Positions 1-12,214 are shown, counted from the first letter of the stretch. The stretch: 64,000 nucleotides of DNA from Octopus sinensis (GCF_006345805.1 NC_042999.1:167152001-167216000); one strand, 5' to 3'. Made by a program: numbers and translations. The notes: generated from the letters alone by a model not told the origin.

Positions 1-30
1 ATACATATATATATATATATATATATATAA

Positions 31-258
31 TAAATATTAGGGAATAAATCCAAATTTACAGGGAAAAATCAGATTTAGGATTAAATCGATTTTATAGTAA
101 AATATTATAAAATATTATTCGAGACAAAACCACTATTTTGCAAAACAAACAAGGAAAGACTTAATCAATACATAAATTTTAATAAATAGTCAAAAAACCG
201 CCACTACAATCGTTTCTTGTCTTGATCGACAATCTTCAGGTGGACTTCCAATAATTCA
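31..258 (-). mobile_element. Short PLE pseudo-LTR-derived repeat carrying a hammerhead, bounded by (TA)n
   Basis: Same sequence recurs at ~47200-47420 (opposite orientation) and 47762-47890; contains the HHR at 201-243; abuts TA microsatellites. Confidence 0.65.
201..243 (-). ncRNA. Minimal type I hammerhead ribozyme, canonical core
   Basis: Minus strand reads CCAC-CTGAAGA-TTGTC-gatcaa-GACAA-GAAA-C-gatt-G-TA-GTGG: helix I 4 bp, CUGANGA, helix II 5 bp, GAAA, GUA cleavage triplet. Confidence 0.8.
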
Positions 259-264
259 GTGTCA

Positions 265-376
265 AATATATATATACACACACACACTAATATATATATA
301 TACATATATGTATATGCATATATATATACACATATATATATATATATATATTACATATATATATACATACATGTAA

Positions 377-413
<37 letters not shown>

Positions 414-505
414 TACATATAATACATATATATACATATATGTATACATAATTTATATACATATATATTCATATATATGTATACATATATATACGTATAT
501 ATAAA
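265..505. repeat. Compound (TA)n/(CA)n microsatellite
   Basis: Direct inspection; source of the YI/HI-repeat pseudo-ORFs. Confidence 0.95.
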
Positions 506-527
506 TAAATTTTTTGTTTATACTTCT

Positions 528-638
528 TGCACTGAGGAGAACAGTGATATACAATTAATTAAAATTAATCAAATTAATTTAATTATTCTACCATGAAGAT
601 GCATGTTTTAATATCGCTGTTTGAAACGATCATATGCA
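528..638 (+). ncRNA. Type I hammerhead-like motif with extended helix II
   Basis: TGCA-CTGAGGA-GAACAGTGATAT...ATATCGCTGTTT-GAAA-C-gatc-A-TA-TGCA; 12 bp helix II, intact core, C-A mismatch at the helix III pair. Confidence 0.7.
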
Positions 639-689
639 TGAATTAGAATTCTTTTAAACTTTAACATCTTTTCTTCTTTATTTTTAACA

Positions 690-727
690 AATTTGTGTAG
701 TCATATTGGATCCCATTCCATAAATTT
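690..727 (+). repeat. Left copy of 37-38 bp direct repeat flanking the HERO LINE (putative target-site duplication)
   Basis: aatttgtgtagtcatattggatcccattccataaattt vs 3885-3921 aatttgtttagtcatatggatcccattccataaattt (1 substitution, 1 indel). Confidence 0.8.
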
Positions 728-3700
728 CCATCGCAAGAAATTTTGTATGAAGAGATAAAAAAGAGGCATCGAGATCTGCTAAGAAAACAAAGAAGGAAGA
801 GCAGAAGAAAGGAGAGAGAAAAAAAACTATCGTAGCTTTGTGATCAATCCCTATCAATATGCGAAACATCTATTTACTGAAAGTAAAAACGGAAAATTGG
901 ATTGCACGAAAGAAGAGCTCGAACAACATCTGAAAGAGACATACAGCGACTCTGACAGAAATGAAGTACTCCCAGAAATGCACGGACTGAAGAAAAGGGT
1001 ACCATTTGATTTGAGTGACATTAAACAGAAAGAAATGGATGAGTTCATAAGGAAAGCAAGAGCAAAAAGTTCACCAGGGAACGATGGAGTGAGCTACAAG
1101 GTATACAAATATTGCCCAAAATTACGATTGCAGCTGTTTGCACTGATAAGAGAAATGTGGAAGAAGAGAGATGTAGCGGAGCGATGGTGTATAGCCGAAG
1201 GTATCTATCTACCTACCTAAAGTAAAAGAGGCAAAATCACTAGGCCAATTTAGACCGATTTCACTACTAAATCATGTTCGGAATAATTGCTAGACGAATC
1301 ATAAGATTCGTACAGCATAACGGAAACGTTAATGAAGCGATTCAAAAAGCAGGAATCCCCGGAATCCCTGGGTACATAGAACACGCATTTGCCATCTGGG
1401 AAGCCATCATCTGTGCAAAACAAATGAAGAAAACCTACATATTGTTTGGCTAGATCTTGCCAATGCTTATGGATCTGTTCCACATGCACTAATAAAAACA
1501 GTGATGAACTTCTTTTGGATTCCTAAAGATGTTCAACGAATGCTCATGTCGTACTACGACAACCTGAGGATGGGATTTACAGCAGGAAAGTTCACCACGG
1601 AGTGGCAACGGCTTGAAATAGGTATTGCAGCCGGATGCACGATATCAGTCATCTTATTCGTGCTAGTCATGGGAATGCTACTCAGATCTACAAACTGTGA
1701 GAAAGCTGTTACAAAGACACCGTTAAGGGCTTTTATCGACGACGTTAGTGTATTATCGGAAAGTAGAGAAGCAGCAGAGGGAACGTTAGAGCGGTTGGAC
1801 GAACTGATAGGATGGGTAAGAATGAAATTCAAAGCCAAAAAATCTCGAAGCGTGGCTCTCGTGAAAGGAAGGCAAGAAGAAGTGAAATTCAGGATAGGAA
1901 GTGAAGACATACCAACGGTGAAAGAACAACCAGTAAAGAGTCTCGGCAGATGGTATAGAGATTTATTAAATGATAAGAAGCAAAGGAAAGAAACGCACGA
2001 GTTAGTAGAACACGGATTAAAGGCAATTGACAGAACAACGCTGCCGGGAAAATTCAAATGTTGGATACTGCAATTTGGGCTGTACTCAAGAATAATGTGG
2101 CCATTGCAAATGTACGAAATAGCCTCGAGTAGAGTAGAAAGGGTGGAACAAAGATGCAGTGTGGTTATCAGAAAATGGCTTGGTCTGCCGAAACCACTGA
2201 ATACAACTGCACTATATGGAAAACCCGTGCTGCAACTACCAATAACATCAATCACCGAAGAATATAAGGTAGGAAAGGCAAGGATAGTAATGATGTTAAG
2301 GTATTCAAAAGATCGGAGCATCCGGGGAAAACCCTCCAAAGGTACAAACATGGAGGAAATGGAAGGCGGAAGAGGCAGTAAACAGGGCGATCGGAAAGCT
2401 AACGCACACAGATATAGTCTGAGCGACGCAAGAAACTAGAACCGGCCTTGGGTCACAAAATTTCAGGCCATTTTGCAAGAGCAGTGTAAAAGAGATGAAA
2501 GAGGCAGTGGTATACGAAATGAGAAAGGAGGAAGAAGAAAGGCGAAATGTACATTTGGTGCAATGTAGTCAAAAGGGACAGTGCCTGAGATGGGAGGAAT
2601 ATGTGATCAGCCGCAGAATATTATGGAAGGAACTTTGGGCTTGGGAACAAGCAAGAACATCCTTCCTGATCAAGACTACCTTCGACGTTCTACCCTCACC
2701 GGCGAACTTAGTCCGGTGGAACATAAACAAAACCGATGAGTGTAGATGCGGAGAGAAAGCGACGGTTAGACATGCTCTGTCAAGTTTCAGACTAGCACTT
2801 GAAAGATATACATGGCGGCATAATCAAGTCCTCGGTGTCATAAGCGCAGCACTCAAGGAGAAGATCGAGAGGTACAATAGGGGAGAGTACCCAAAAGTAG
2901 AAAAGCGCAGGAAAGTATACTTCCACAAGGAGGGAAAAGGTTATAAAACCAAGCCTACAAGTAATGTATAAGAGATAGACGAAAGATGGAAGGGATACTG
3001 GGAGGTGGCCACGGACTTGGAAAGACAAGTAGTATTTCCACTAATAAAAACAACAAAAAGACCGGATTTAGTTCTATGGAACAGAGACCGGAGAATGGGA
3101 ATTTTACTAGAACTGACAGTACCTTAGGAAGAGAATATCGGCAATGCAGAGGAACGAAAGGAGAAGAGGTATGAAAAGCTAATCGAAGAATGTAGAGAAC
3201 AGGGATGGAATGTCGAATATTATCACCTGGCAGCGGGGGCTAGAGGCTTCATTGAAAGGAAAATGACAACGCTTTTCAAAAGAAGATTTGATTTTCTAGC
3301 CCCGAGCTGGGTAAACTAATAAGGAGAGTCCAGGAGGCGGTCGAAAAAGTCAGCTTCTATATATGGCTGAAGCGGGAAGACCGAAAATGGCTTGAAAGTC
3401 ATAAACACGCCGACGGGAAATAACATCATTAGGTGAGACAAGCTGACTGACAGGTGACGGTCGTTTAGAAAAAGAGCGGGACTACGCGCCTTCACTAGTC
3501 AGTTAAGATGAGACAGTGTCACGTGACAACTTGCTGGGGCTGCCTGCTGGAGCCTTTGCGGCAGGTATTTAAAGAGAGAAATTTGACAAGACAGTCAGTC
3601 ACCGGCTGACACTCGCTGACGATACATCAAAGAGACCAGGGAACAGGAGAAAGAAGAAGAAAGAAGACATGCACCCAACACCAGAGCTGAAGACACCTCC

Positions 3701-3884
3701 GAAAGGAAGGTCCCGCCACGTCAAAACGGTAGAGGAGTAGGGGCCGAAACCGGACGTGGTTCCTCCTGATGATGTCCTGCGCAAACTGAATCCTATAAAG
3801 GAGCTGTTGTGGTAGCAGACCACGAAACACGGTTGTAATTCCTTCCTAAAGAATTCTTGATCTTAGAATTATTAGACATAAATT
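728..3884 (+). mobile_element. 5'-truncated HERO-like (R2 superfamily, REL endonuclease) non-LTR retrotransposon, frameshifted
   Basis: RT motifs SSPGNDGVSYKVYK, FRPISLLN, WLDLANAYGSVPH, GIAAGCTISVILF, PLRAFIDD, PVKSLGRWY; CCHC-like CRCGEKATVRH; RYTWRHNQVL; REL RPDLVLW..LLELTVP*EEN..ERKEKRY (~3060-3190); ORF pieces 840-1220, 1501-2439, 2495-2971; ~450 bp 3' UTR. Confidence 0.85.
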
Positions 3885-3921
3885 AATTTGTTTAGTCATA
3901 TGGATCCCATTCCATAAATTT
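3885..3921 (+). repeat. Right copy of HERO flanking direct repeat
   Basis: Matches 690-727. Confidence 0.8.
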
Positions 3922-4147
3922 ACTTATATGTATATATATGTATGTATATATATGTGTGTGTGTGTGTATATATATATGTACATATATAGGTATATGTGAA
4001 AAGGTTGTATTATATTTCGCTCTTTAATTTGGTGGATTCCAAAATCGATTTCTAATAAATATTCTTCATATTTTACTGGTAGCTTACTGGCATAAGTTTA
4101 CGAATATCAAAATAATACTCTACATTGTGTTACGTGAACTTATGGAA

Positions 4148-4470
4148 TGGGATCTTGCTTGGTGAGGAGGGTGTTCATTGGACACCCTGCGTGATGAAAA
4201 ACAAAACCCGTGAAAGGGCGGAGGAACTCTTGAGAGTCAACAGCCATCCAATAAATGTGTAATTTTTTTCTTCTTACGGCTTAAGGCTGTATCATACGCG
4301 GGGACATAGAAATATTCGGACTGAATACCCGATCGCGCGGTTAAACTATTGGAAGTGAAGGACTCCTAGCCTTTGTTAGGGCATCCTTCTAGGAGAAGGT
4401 AACTCAGGTAACTGGGATAACTCCGACATAAAACTTGCGGCTCAGTGGTTACCGATGATGTTGATTTGTT
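4148..4470 (+). mobile_element. Interspersed repeat fragment, possibly RTE-type LINE 5' region
   Basis: Recalled similarity to an abundant octopus repeat; hairpin agggtgtt/gacaccct; no coding motif seen. Confidence 0.3.
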
Positions 4471-5839
4471 CTTCTTTTCGGATTATTGATGCTGTAGCTT
4501 AGTGAGTGGGATTAACTCAGTGCACAGCCTTTCCTCACTTTAAAAAAAATCTTCTTGTACAGGCATTGCACGATAACAACATTGTTCATGATTGTTGATA
4601 GTGCTGTGAGTCTCAACTGAATGGCTGGCTGTAGCCTTAATAAGCAAATAAAAGTCACATTCGATCTCAGCACCAATAACAGTTAAGCTTCGTGCAATGG
4701 CCATACTCGATAACGAGGGGGCAGCCATCATGTATGTATGTATATATATATATGTATCATATATATGTACATATATGTATTATATATATGTATATATATA
4801 TATATGTATATATATATGTGTGTGTATATATATGTATCTCCCTCTCCCTCCTCCTCTCCCGCCTCCTCCTCTCCTCTATCGCCTCTTCCTCCTCTCCTTC
4901 CCTCTCTTCTCTCCTTCTCTCCTCCTCTCTCTCCTTATATACCCACCTTCCCCTCCCCCCATAAACCCACCCTCCCCTACTCCACCTTCCCTATCCTTCC
5001 CACCCCTTCCCCGACTCTACCCCACCCCTCCCCTACACACCTCACGCCTATCCCACACCTCTCCACCACAATATCACACCACACTACACCACACCACACT
5101 ACACTACACCATACAACATTACACATCACATCACAACACACCACCCACAGCACACCACCCACACACCCATCCCCACATCTTCACACCTACACATACATAC
5201 ACACACACGTCCAGACCACCAGCCCTCTTTCACGCGCACATACATACTCTCTTATACACACACGCACCTTTGTGTTGGGGGCACCTTCGTATTCGAAGTC
5301 ACTTGACCCTGTTATCTCCCCTACAGTCCCTCTCGCGTCTGACCACTGTCCGAAGTAAGGACGCCATGATAAATCGTTAGCTCTTACACGCATTTTTTTC
5401 TCTCCTTGTTTCTCTCCTTGTTTTTTTTTTTCTGTGCATCTTGCATCTTTCTGTCGAAGCGTAAAATTCTTTCTATTTCTATTCCTGAGCGCCATACTAA
5501 TACATTTGTTTGTTTGTACTCCACCTACCTTCGTCTTTTGTTTATTTCCGTAAACGTTCCCGTTATATATCACGCGCTCACGTGGTCTCACTTTGATCCT
5601 ATATTCTACCACTACCAACTCTTACCTTTCCTCGACGGACACTACCTCTCCATTGGATTTTCTTTTACCTCTAAGGACACCTACCCTCTGGCTGCACCTC
5701 TCCTACACGGATCAAACTGACTTTGTTATTGATGTGACATCCTTGAAATACACCACGACGTCTACAAACTTTTAAACTTCTGAACTCTTCGTAAAATCTG
5801 TCCCTTTCGTTTTCACTTTATTTTTTCATATTTTTCTCA

Positions 5840-6352
5840 TCTATATATATAAAACTGTAGTTGTGTGAGTGTCTGTCCCCTTCGATTTAGATTCCTAACT
5901 ACTCCCACATTTTGCGGTGCAGTTTAACCAAATTCGGGTATCTTATAGTCGTGATTCATATCGAGCCCGTCTGGCTATTAGCGCGCGTCTACGATGAGTC
6001 TACGATTTTAAAAATAATTTAACATCATTTTTTATTCCATTTTAATGCATAATTTTTCGTGTGTCGATGGCGGCGGAGTTGGCGTCCATGGTCACACCTG
6101 CACCTGTTTGCTTCTCCCCCTTCTTCCCTCCCTCGTGAAGCTGTGGGGAAGGGAGTGTAAAGAAATCAACGTCGTAATGCGTTGACAAGGAGACCAGCGT
6201 TCTTTTAGAACAACGACTTCATGGCTTGAAGACACCAAAACAGAAATGGCTAAGAAAGCCCGAATTGGCATCTATAAGGGAAGTAACTCTCTAAAAATGC
6301 TTATATAGTTATTTCCCTTACAAATCCGAGCAACGCCGGGCGATACTGCTAG
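5840..6352 (+). mobile_element. Non-autonomous Helitron
   Basis: A|TC 5' start (5840), subterminal hairpin (ccgagcaacgccggg), CTAG|T 3' end (6349-6352); near-identical copy at 24983-25491. Confidence 0.85.
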
Positions 6353-7562
6353 TATATTATATTGTTTTACATTCATTTCATACTTTCCACATTTTCCTGT
6401 ATTCTTTTGTCCTTCTTTCTGTCGTTTCTTCCTTCTCTGGATGTCCATACTCTGTTTTCTGTTTGCACCTGCTTATTGTGCCTCTCTCTCTCTCTCTCTC
6501 TCTCTGCTTCCTTTCTTTTCTTTTCTTTTTCTATTTGTCCCATCTTCATCGCCTTTATTTTCTTCTCCTACCGCCCTTTTCTTCTTTTATTTATCTAATT
6601 TTTATTTTACTTTTATTTATTTTTTATTTTTATTTATTTTTTATTTTTATTTATTTTTTATTTTTATTTTATTTTATTTTAATTTTAAATTTTCTTATTC
6701 TTTTATTTTTATGTTTATTTTTTAATTTTATTTTTATTTATTTTTTTTTCTTCTTCGAACGCTTGTGCTTCTCTCTTTTTTTCGCTATTCCACCATGCCG
6801 GATTATAAATCTTACCTCCTCACTCTCCACCATCGCCTGAAACAACACTTACGTCTACACCCTCTCCACTGCTTTCAACCATCCATTAACCTCTCTCTGC
6901 TCCTTTTTAAAAAAAACCGCTTCTCTAGCCACGTCTCTTTTCTAAGCCGCCTCATCCCTAAAGGTTTCCGCCTCCATTTCCACACTGCTCTCCACTCTGC
7001 TTCATCCATTCTATCCATACTCCGCACCACATCTTACCGCCTTATCCGTGCCACCTTTCGCTCCAATCTCTCTAAACTACATACCATTAACTGCCTTCTC
7101 CCTCCTGCTTTTTCCATCTTTTTCTCCTCTTTGCCGCCTTTCCATGCTCAAAACACGTTGCGCTTCATTATCCATTTAAATCACCTCTTTCATCAATTTC
7201 TTGCCAATACCAAACTTCATAAACTCCAATCACTCCTCCATTCCATCACACCCGACTCCACTACCCCAACTCCTCCACTACCCTTCTCCCCCCTGATAGG
7301 CTCCACCCACCCACACCTAACCCACTGTCCCTCCTAACAACCCACACACACCTCCCACGCCCACCCTCAGACCTCCACCAGCCCTACCACTCCTCCTACT
7401 TCTATTCCATCCACCCCTTCTCCACTTCAGTCTGTTGATACCATTCCCCCAGATTCTCCCCTCTCTGCGGCGGAGCGCCCCATCCTCAATAGGGGTCTGC
7501 GTTTCACACCCCTCACTCCATCCTGTAAGGAATTCCAGACGCGTGCTGATGTCCACAGCTTT

Positions 7563-8552
7563 GTGCGCAGCGTCCAGTTGGGTGCGTTTTTCCGCGACAT
7601 ACCACCCGCATCCAACGAGGAGGACTGCTTCACTGACCTGGGCCGCCGACCATCCCAGTGGACGCCTGCCCCCGGCCAGTTCCAAGCAGTGGTTCTTTTC
7701 GCGGGTGCCTGTCAGCGCGCGTTGGAGCGGTTCAACTTCTCCAGGCGCCACCGCCGCCTCAACATCTCCCCGGTCGAGCTCTCGGCTCTTCGTTCCCTCC
7801 GACGGCGCGCTGACATTGTCATTAAATCGGCCGACAAGGGTGGAGCTGTGGTGGTGTGGCGCGCGGACCTCTACAGGGCCGAGGCGCTCCACCAACTCAA
7901 TGACACCTCCTTCTACTCCCCTCTGTCCTCTTACCCCACGCTTAGCTACCAACAGACGGTCTCCTCTACTGTCCACGACCTCATCTCGTCCTCCCGTCTC
8001 CCCCACACCGCATCCAGCCTCATTGTCCGAACCTCACGCACCCCCACCATTTACCTCCTCCCCCAAATCCACAAACCCAACAACCCTGGCCGCACCATCG
8101 TCTCCGCCTGTAACTGCCCCACGGAGCTCATCTCAAAATACCTTGACCGTGTCCTTGCCCCCCTAGTGGCGTCTCTTCCCTCTCACATCCACGACACCAA
8201 CCATGCTCTCCGGCTTTTCAACTCTTTCTCCTTTCCTCTTGGTTCCTCCAAACTCCTCTTTACAATGGACATCCAGAGCCTCTATACCGTCATCCCTCAC
8301 CACGAAGGACTGCGTGCACTTCAACACTTTCTCGACCTCCGCCCCAAGCCCGAACCCGACACCTCCACACTCATTCGTCTGGCCGAACTTGTCCTTTCTC
8401 TTAACTGCTTCTCGTTCGCGGGAGAGTTCTACCAACAAGTCTCGGGAGTGGCCATGGGAACGCGAATGGGCCCCAACTATGCGAACCTGTTCGTTGGCTA
8501 TGTTGAGACCCAAATATTCTCTAGTTTCACTGGTCCCACTCCCGAACCGGGG
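7563..8552 (+). pseudogene. PLE reverse transcriptase, truncated before catalytic DD
   Basis: ORF track 7563..8570; PLE RT motifs; ends at a junction with SINE sequence. Confidence 0.85.
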
Positions 8553-8620
8553 TCGATTTTATTCGACTAAAAATTCAAGGCAGTGCCCCAGAAATGGCAA
8601 CAGAAATTGTCGAAACTGAC
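8553..8620 (+). mobile_element. 3' fragment of SINE family A
   Basis: ggggtcgatttattcgactaaaaattcaaggcagtgcccc matches 3' part of 12247-12650 copy. Confidence 0.55.
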
Positions 8621-8837
8621 GCGTCAGTCTAAAGAATTCTCGGTTGGTATTTTTCGGGCAATTATGATCCTGGTTAGTTGATATGTTTTCATTCATGTGC
8701 GTTAAGTAGAGCATTAGAGCGATTTAGCTCTTATTTCTAGCAATATAGGTGTTTTTTAACAACTTAGTCGCATTTAGTGACAATTATAATTCAACTTCGT
8801 AAAACACTGCAACATGCTGTTTACATTAATTTTATAT

Positions 8838-8996
<159 letters not shown>

Positions 8997-8998
8997 AA

Positions 8999-9395
8999 GA
9001 CGGCGAGCTGGCAGAAACTATAGCACGCCAGACGAAATGCCTAGCGGTATTTGGTCTGCCGCTACGTTCTGATTTCAAATTCCGCCGAGGTCGACTTTGC
9101 CTTTCATCCTTTCAGGTCAATTAAATAAGTACCAGTTACGCACTGGGGTCGATATAATCGACTTAATCCGTTTGTCTGTCCTTGTTTGTCCTCTCTGTGT
9201 GTAGCCCCGGTGTGGGCAGTAAAGAAATAGGTATTTCGTCTGTCTTTACGTTCTGAATTCATAATCCGCTGAGGTCGACTTTGCCTTTCATCCTTTCGGG
9301 GTCGATTAAATAAGTACCAGTTACGTAGTGTGGTTGATCTAATCGACTGGCCCCCCTCCCTCAAAATTTCGGGACTTGTGCCTAGAGTAGAAAAG
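8999..9395 (+). mobile_element. tRNA-derived SINE family B (ggcgagctggcagaa head), internally duplicated
   Basis: Repeated gtcgactttgcctttcatcc core; B-box-like ttcaaattcc; matches copies at 9690, 9920, 21315, 25590. Confidence 0.8.
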
Positions 9396-9689
9396 AAAAT
9401 TATTTTAAATGCGAGTCCAAGTTTCACATTTAAGGACGCTCGCTCGCTCGCGCGTGTGTATTTAACCGAATATTTATTTTTCTTTCTGTGATTACATTCT
9501 GCATAGAGAGTTAAAAATACAAACCTGTCTTGATTGCTGTATTTGAGGGTGTTTTCGACTTCATAAAATAACATTTAATATACATTCATACACTTATTTC
9601 TCTAAATAAAGCGTTTGAATTCAGCTATAATTTAATTCATTATATCGCGCTATTTAGTCATAATTTTAATTATATAAAAATATGTGTAT

Positions 9690-9898
9690 GTGTGTTTTTT
9701 TCTACTCTAGGCACAAGGTCTGAAAATTTTGGGGAGGAGGCCAGTCGATTTGACCGACCCCAGTATTTAATTCATCGACCCCGAAAAGAGGAAAAGTAAA
9801 GTCGACCTCGGTGGAATTTGAACTCAGAACGTAGCGACAGGCGAAATACCGCTAAGCATTTTGTCCAGTGTGCTAACGGTTCTGCCAGCTCACCGCCT
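9690..9898 (-). mobile_element. SINE family B
   Basis: Reverse-complement match to 8999-9395. Confidence 0.8.
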
Positions 9899-9919
9899 TA
9901 GTTCATACTATACATATTA

Positions 9920-10318
9920 TTTTCTACTCTAGGCACAAGGCCCGAAATTTGGGGGGAGGTGGCCACTCGATTAGATCGACCAGAGTACACAGCTGGTACT
10001 TAATTTATCGCCCCCGAAAGGATAAAAGGCAAAGTCGAGTTGACCTTTGCGGAATTTGATCTCAGAAAGTAGCGGTAGACGAAATACCTATTTCTTTATT
10101 ACCCACAAGGGGCTAAACACAGAGCGGACAAACAAGGACAGACATAGGTATTAAGTCGATTACAACGACCCCAGTGCGTAACTGGTACTTAATTTATCGA
10201 CCCCGAAAGGATGAAAGGCAAAGTCGACCTCGGCGGAATTTGAACTCACAACGTAACGGCAGACGAAATACCGCTAAGCACTTCGCCCGGCGTGCTAACG
10301 ATTCTGCCAGCTCGCTGC
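9920..10318 (-). mobile_element. SINE family B, full-length
   Basis: Reverse-complement match; B-box GAGTTCAAATTCC on minus strand. Confidence 0.8.
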
Positions 10319-10822
10319 TTTAGTTCATATTATATATAATATAATGTTAACCAAATACGTGTAGACATGCTGTGTGTGTGTGAGTGTTTTTTTTAATTAT
10401 TATTAAATATCATATCCCTGAATTTATAAATATCCTGTGATTAAAATATTTGTTTTAAATTGATATTTACGTCTATTTTTAATTACTGTTATTACCAGCA
10501 GGTGTTGTCTCTTTCCTCCGTTTCAAATATGCAACCGTTTGTGAGTGTAGGATGTTGGCCCTCTGCAGTATTATCATATAATTATTTGAACTTATTACAG
10601 AAGACATCCTCCTGAAACACTTGTAATCGTTGAAAGAATTACAAAGTGTTGGTTCTATTACTTATAACCCGGCATTGTAGAGTTATACAGCTTCACCTTC
10701 TCGCAGTTGATAAGTGACTACATTTTCACCTTGTTTTCTTCTAATGTTTATGGAAAACTAGCAGAGATACCCGGCGTTGTTCGGGATTAAAAATGGCTAA
10801 GTTTGTATATATATATTAGAGT

Positions 10823-11385
10823 TATGTGCCTGAGAAGACCCAGCAAGCCAAGGGAAATCGTAGCCGTTGCCGATGCTAGTGTCGCATAACCAGCCCATTT
10901 AAAAGTACCCACCAATCGTCTGGCAATATGCTGTGCTTGAGGAAACCTGTTCAGTCAAATGAAATCGTTGTCGTGGCCGATGCCAGTGCCACCTTACTGG
11001 AACCCGTGCCGGTGGCACGAAAAAAGCACCATACGCTAGTGGTCAATGCCAGTGCCGCCTGACAGGCTCCCGTGCCGGTGGCACGTAAAAAGCACCATAC
11101 GCGAGTGGTCGATGCAAGTGCCGCCTGACTGGCTCCCGAGCTGGTGGCACGTACAAAGCACCATTCATGCGTGGTCAATACCAGTGCCGCCTCATTGGCC
11201 CCCGTGCCGGTGGCACGTAGAAAGCACCCACTATACTCTCGGAGTGGCTGACATCCAGCTGTAGAAACCTCACCAGATAGGATTGGAGCTTGATGCAGCC
11301 TTCTGGCTTGCCTATCCTCAGTCAAACCGTCCAGCCCATGCCAGCATGTAAAGTAGACGTTAAACGATGATGATGATGATGAAAA
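10823..11385 (+). mobile_element. RTE-type 3' end-derived short repeat with four 66 bp tandem units and (GAT)n tail
   Basis: Units at ~10975, 11041, 11107, 11173 each with cgtgcc-ggt-ggcacg hairpin; ends gacgttaaacgatgatgatgat. Confidence 0.65.
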
Positions 11386-11599
11386 CGGTGATACGAGGAA
11401 GTGCAGCATTGACGACAAAACATTTATGGAGTAAATGATGGGCTAATTCGACTAAGCGACATGTCATGCTTCCGTTTGGAGTATTCCAGGCCCTAACTTG
11501 TCATGGGAAATTGGGGGTGGGGGTATTGTGATTTTTGAACGCACCGAAAAGCTGTGAATGGATATACTCTACTTTGCGGCAGTCGGTGCTGCATCTAGC

Positions 11600-12214
11600 A
11601 CGACCCATCGTCTGAAGTTTTGATACCTCGTTCGGATTTGTTGTCCTACTTCACTCACAAAGTAAAGTGTAGTTGTTCATTTTTGGATAACAGGGAACCA
11701 ATGGGGCGATAGACTTGCCCTTGAACTTTGAACGTCGGCGTAAATCCACGTTCAACTTTCTCCTTAGATACACCAAACGATGTCATTTAAAATGCAGAGT
11801 TGTATTGTCTGATATTGTTCCGAAAATCTTTTGAGTGGATCTTCCAGAAAATCTATAAGAAATTGAAGAGGAGCTGGTAGTGCTGGCAATCTTACTTTAC
11901 CGCCTGAGCAGCGCATGCCATTAGTTTCATTTGGAAATTAGGGGTAAGTCCCTTTTGTATTGAGACTCCATCTGTGCTACAGCATGCGTTTGCTAACCTT
12001 GAGAAGTGTCATCTCTCTTGTCTTGAGACACTATTTCATGTGCTGCAGCATGCATTTGCTGATCTTGGCAAAGTTTCATCTCCCTTCTGTATTGAAACTC
12101 CATCTGACGTGCTGCAGTATGCCTTTGCTGATCTCATCTCCCTTGCCTTGAGACTCGGATCATCCTTACTTTATAGTTGTTTGTGGAGCGTTTACATCTT
12201 TCCTTTGGTGGCAT
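11600..12214 (-). pseudogene. Helitron RepHel N-terminal remnant
   Basis: Minus strand: MPPKERCKRS start (12214), DQQRHTAARQME-type repeats, GMRCSGGKVRLP, FRNNIRQYNSAF*MTSFG, GFTPTFKVQGQVYRPIGSLL (~11690-11826). Confidence 0.8.

Larger units (their letters stand above)
5280..8552 (+). mobile_element. 3'-truncated Penelope-like retroelement (pLTR-like leader, N-terminal domain, RT up to before YxDD)
   Basis: pLTR-type motif at ~5440-5550; ORF 6765-7337 (RLIPKGFRLHF); in-frame ILNRGLRFTP then ORF 7563-8570 with IVIKSADKGGAVVVW, YLLPQIHK, GRTIVS, LFTMDIQSLYTVIPH, GVAMGTRMGPNYANLFVG. Confidence 0.85.

Noticed and set aside
1250-2351. Minus-strand ORFs of 79 and 265 aa
   Set aside because: Antisense shadows of the HERO RT frame
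4148-4260. HDV-like ribozyme at a putative RTE 5' end
   Set aside because: I could not build the nested double pseudoknot by hand; only isolated hairpins seen
7317-8513. Overlapping alternative-frame and antisense ORFs
   Set aside because: Shadows of the C-rich PLE RT frame
10975-11235. CRISPR-like array of hairpin repeats
   Set aside because: Whole 66 bp units are homologous with no unique spacers, no cas genes, and the context is a eukaryotic retroposon
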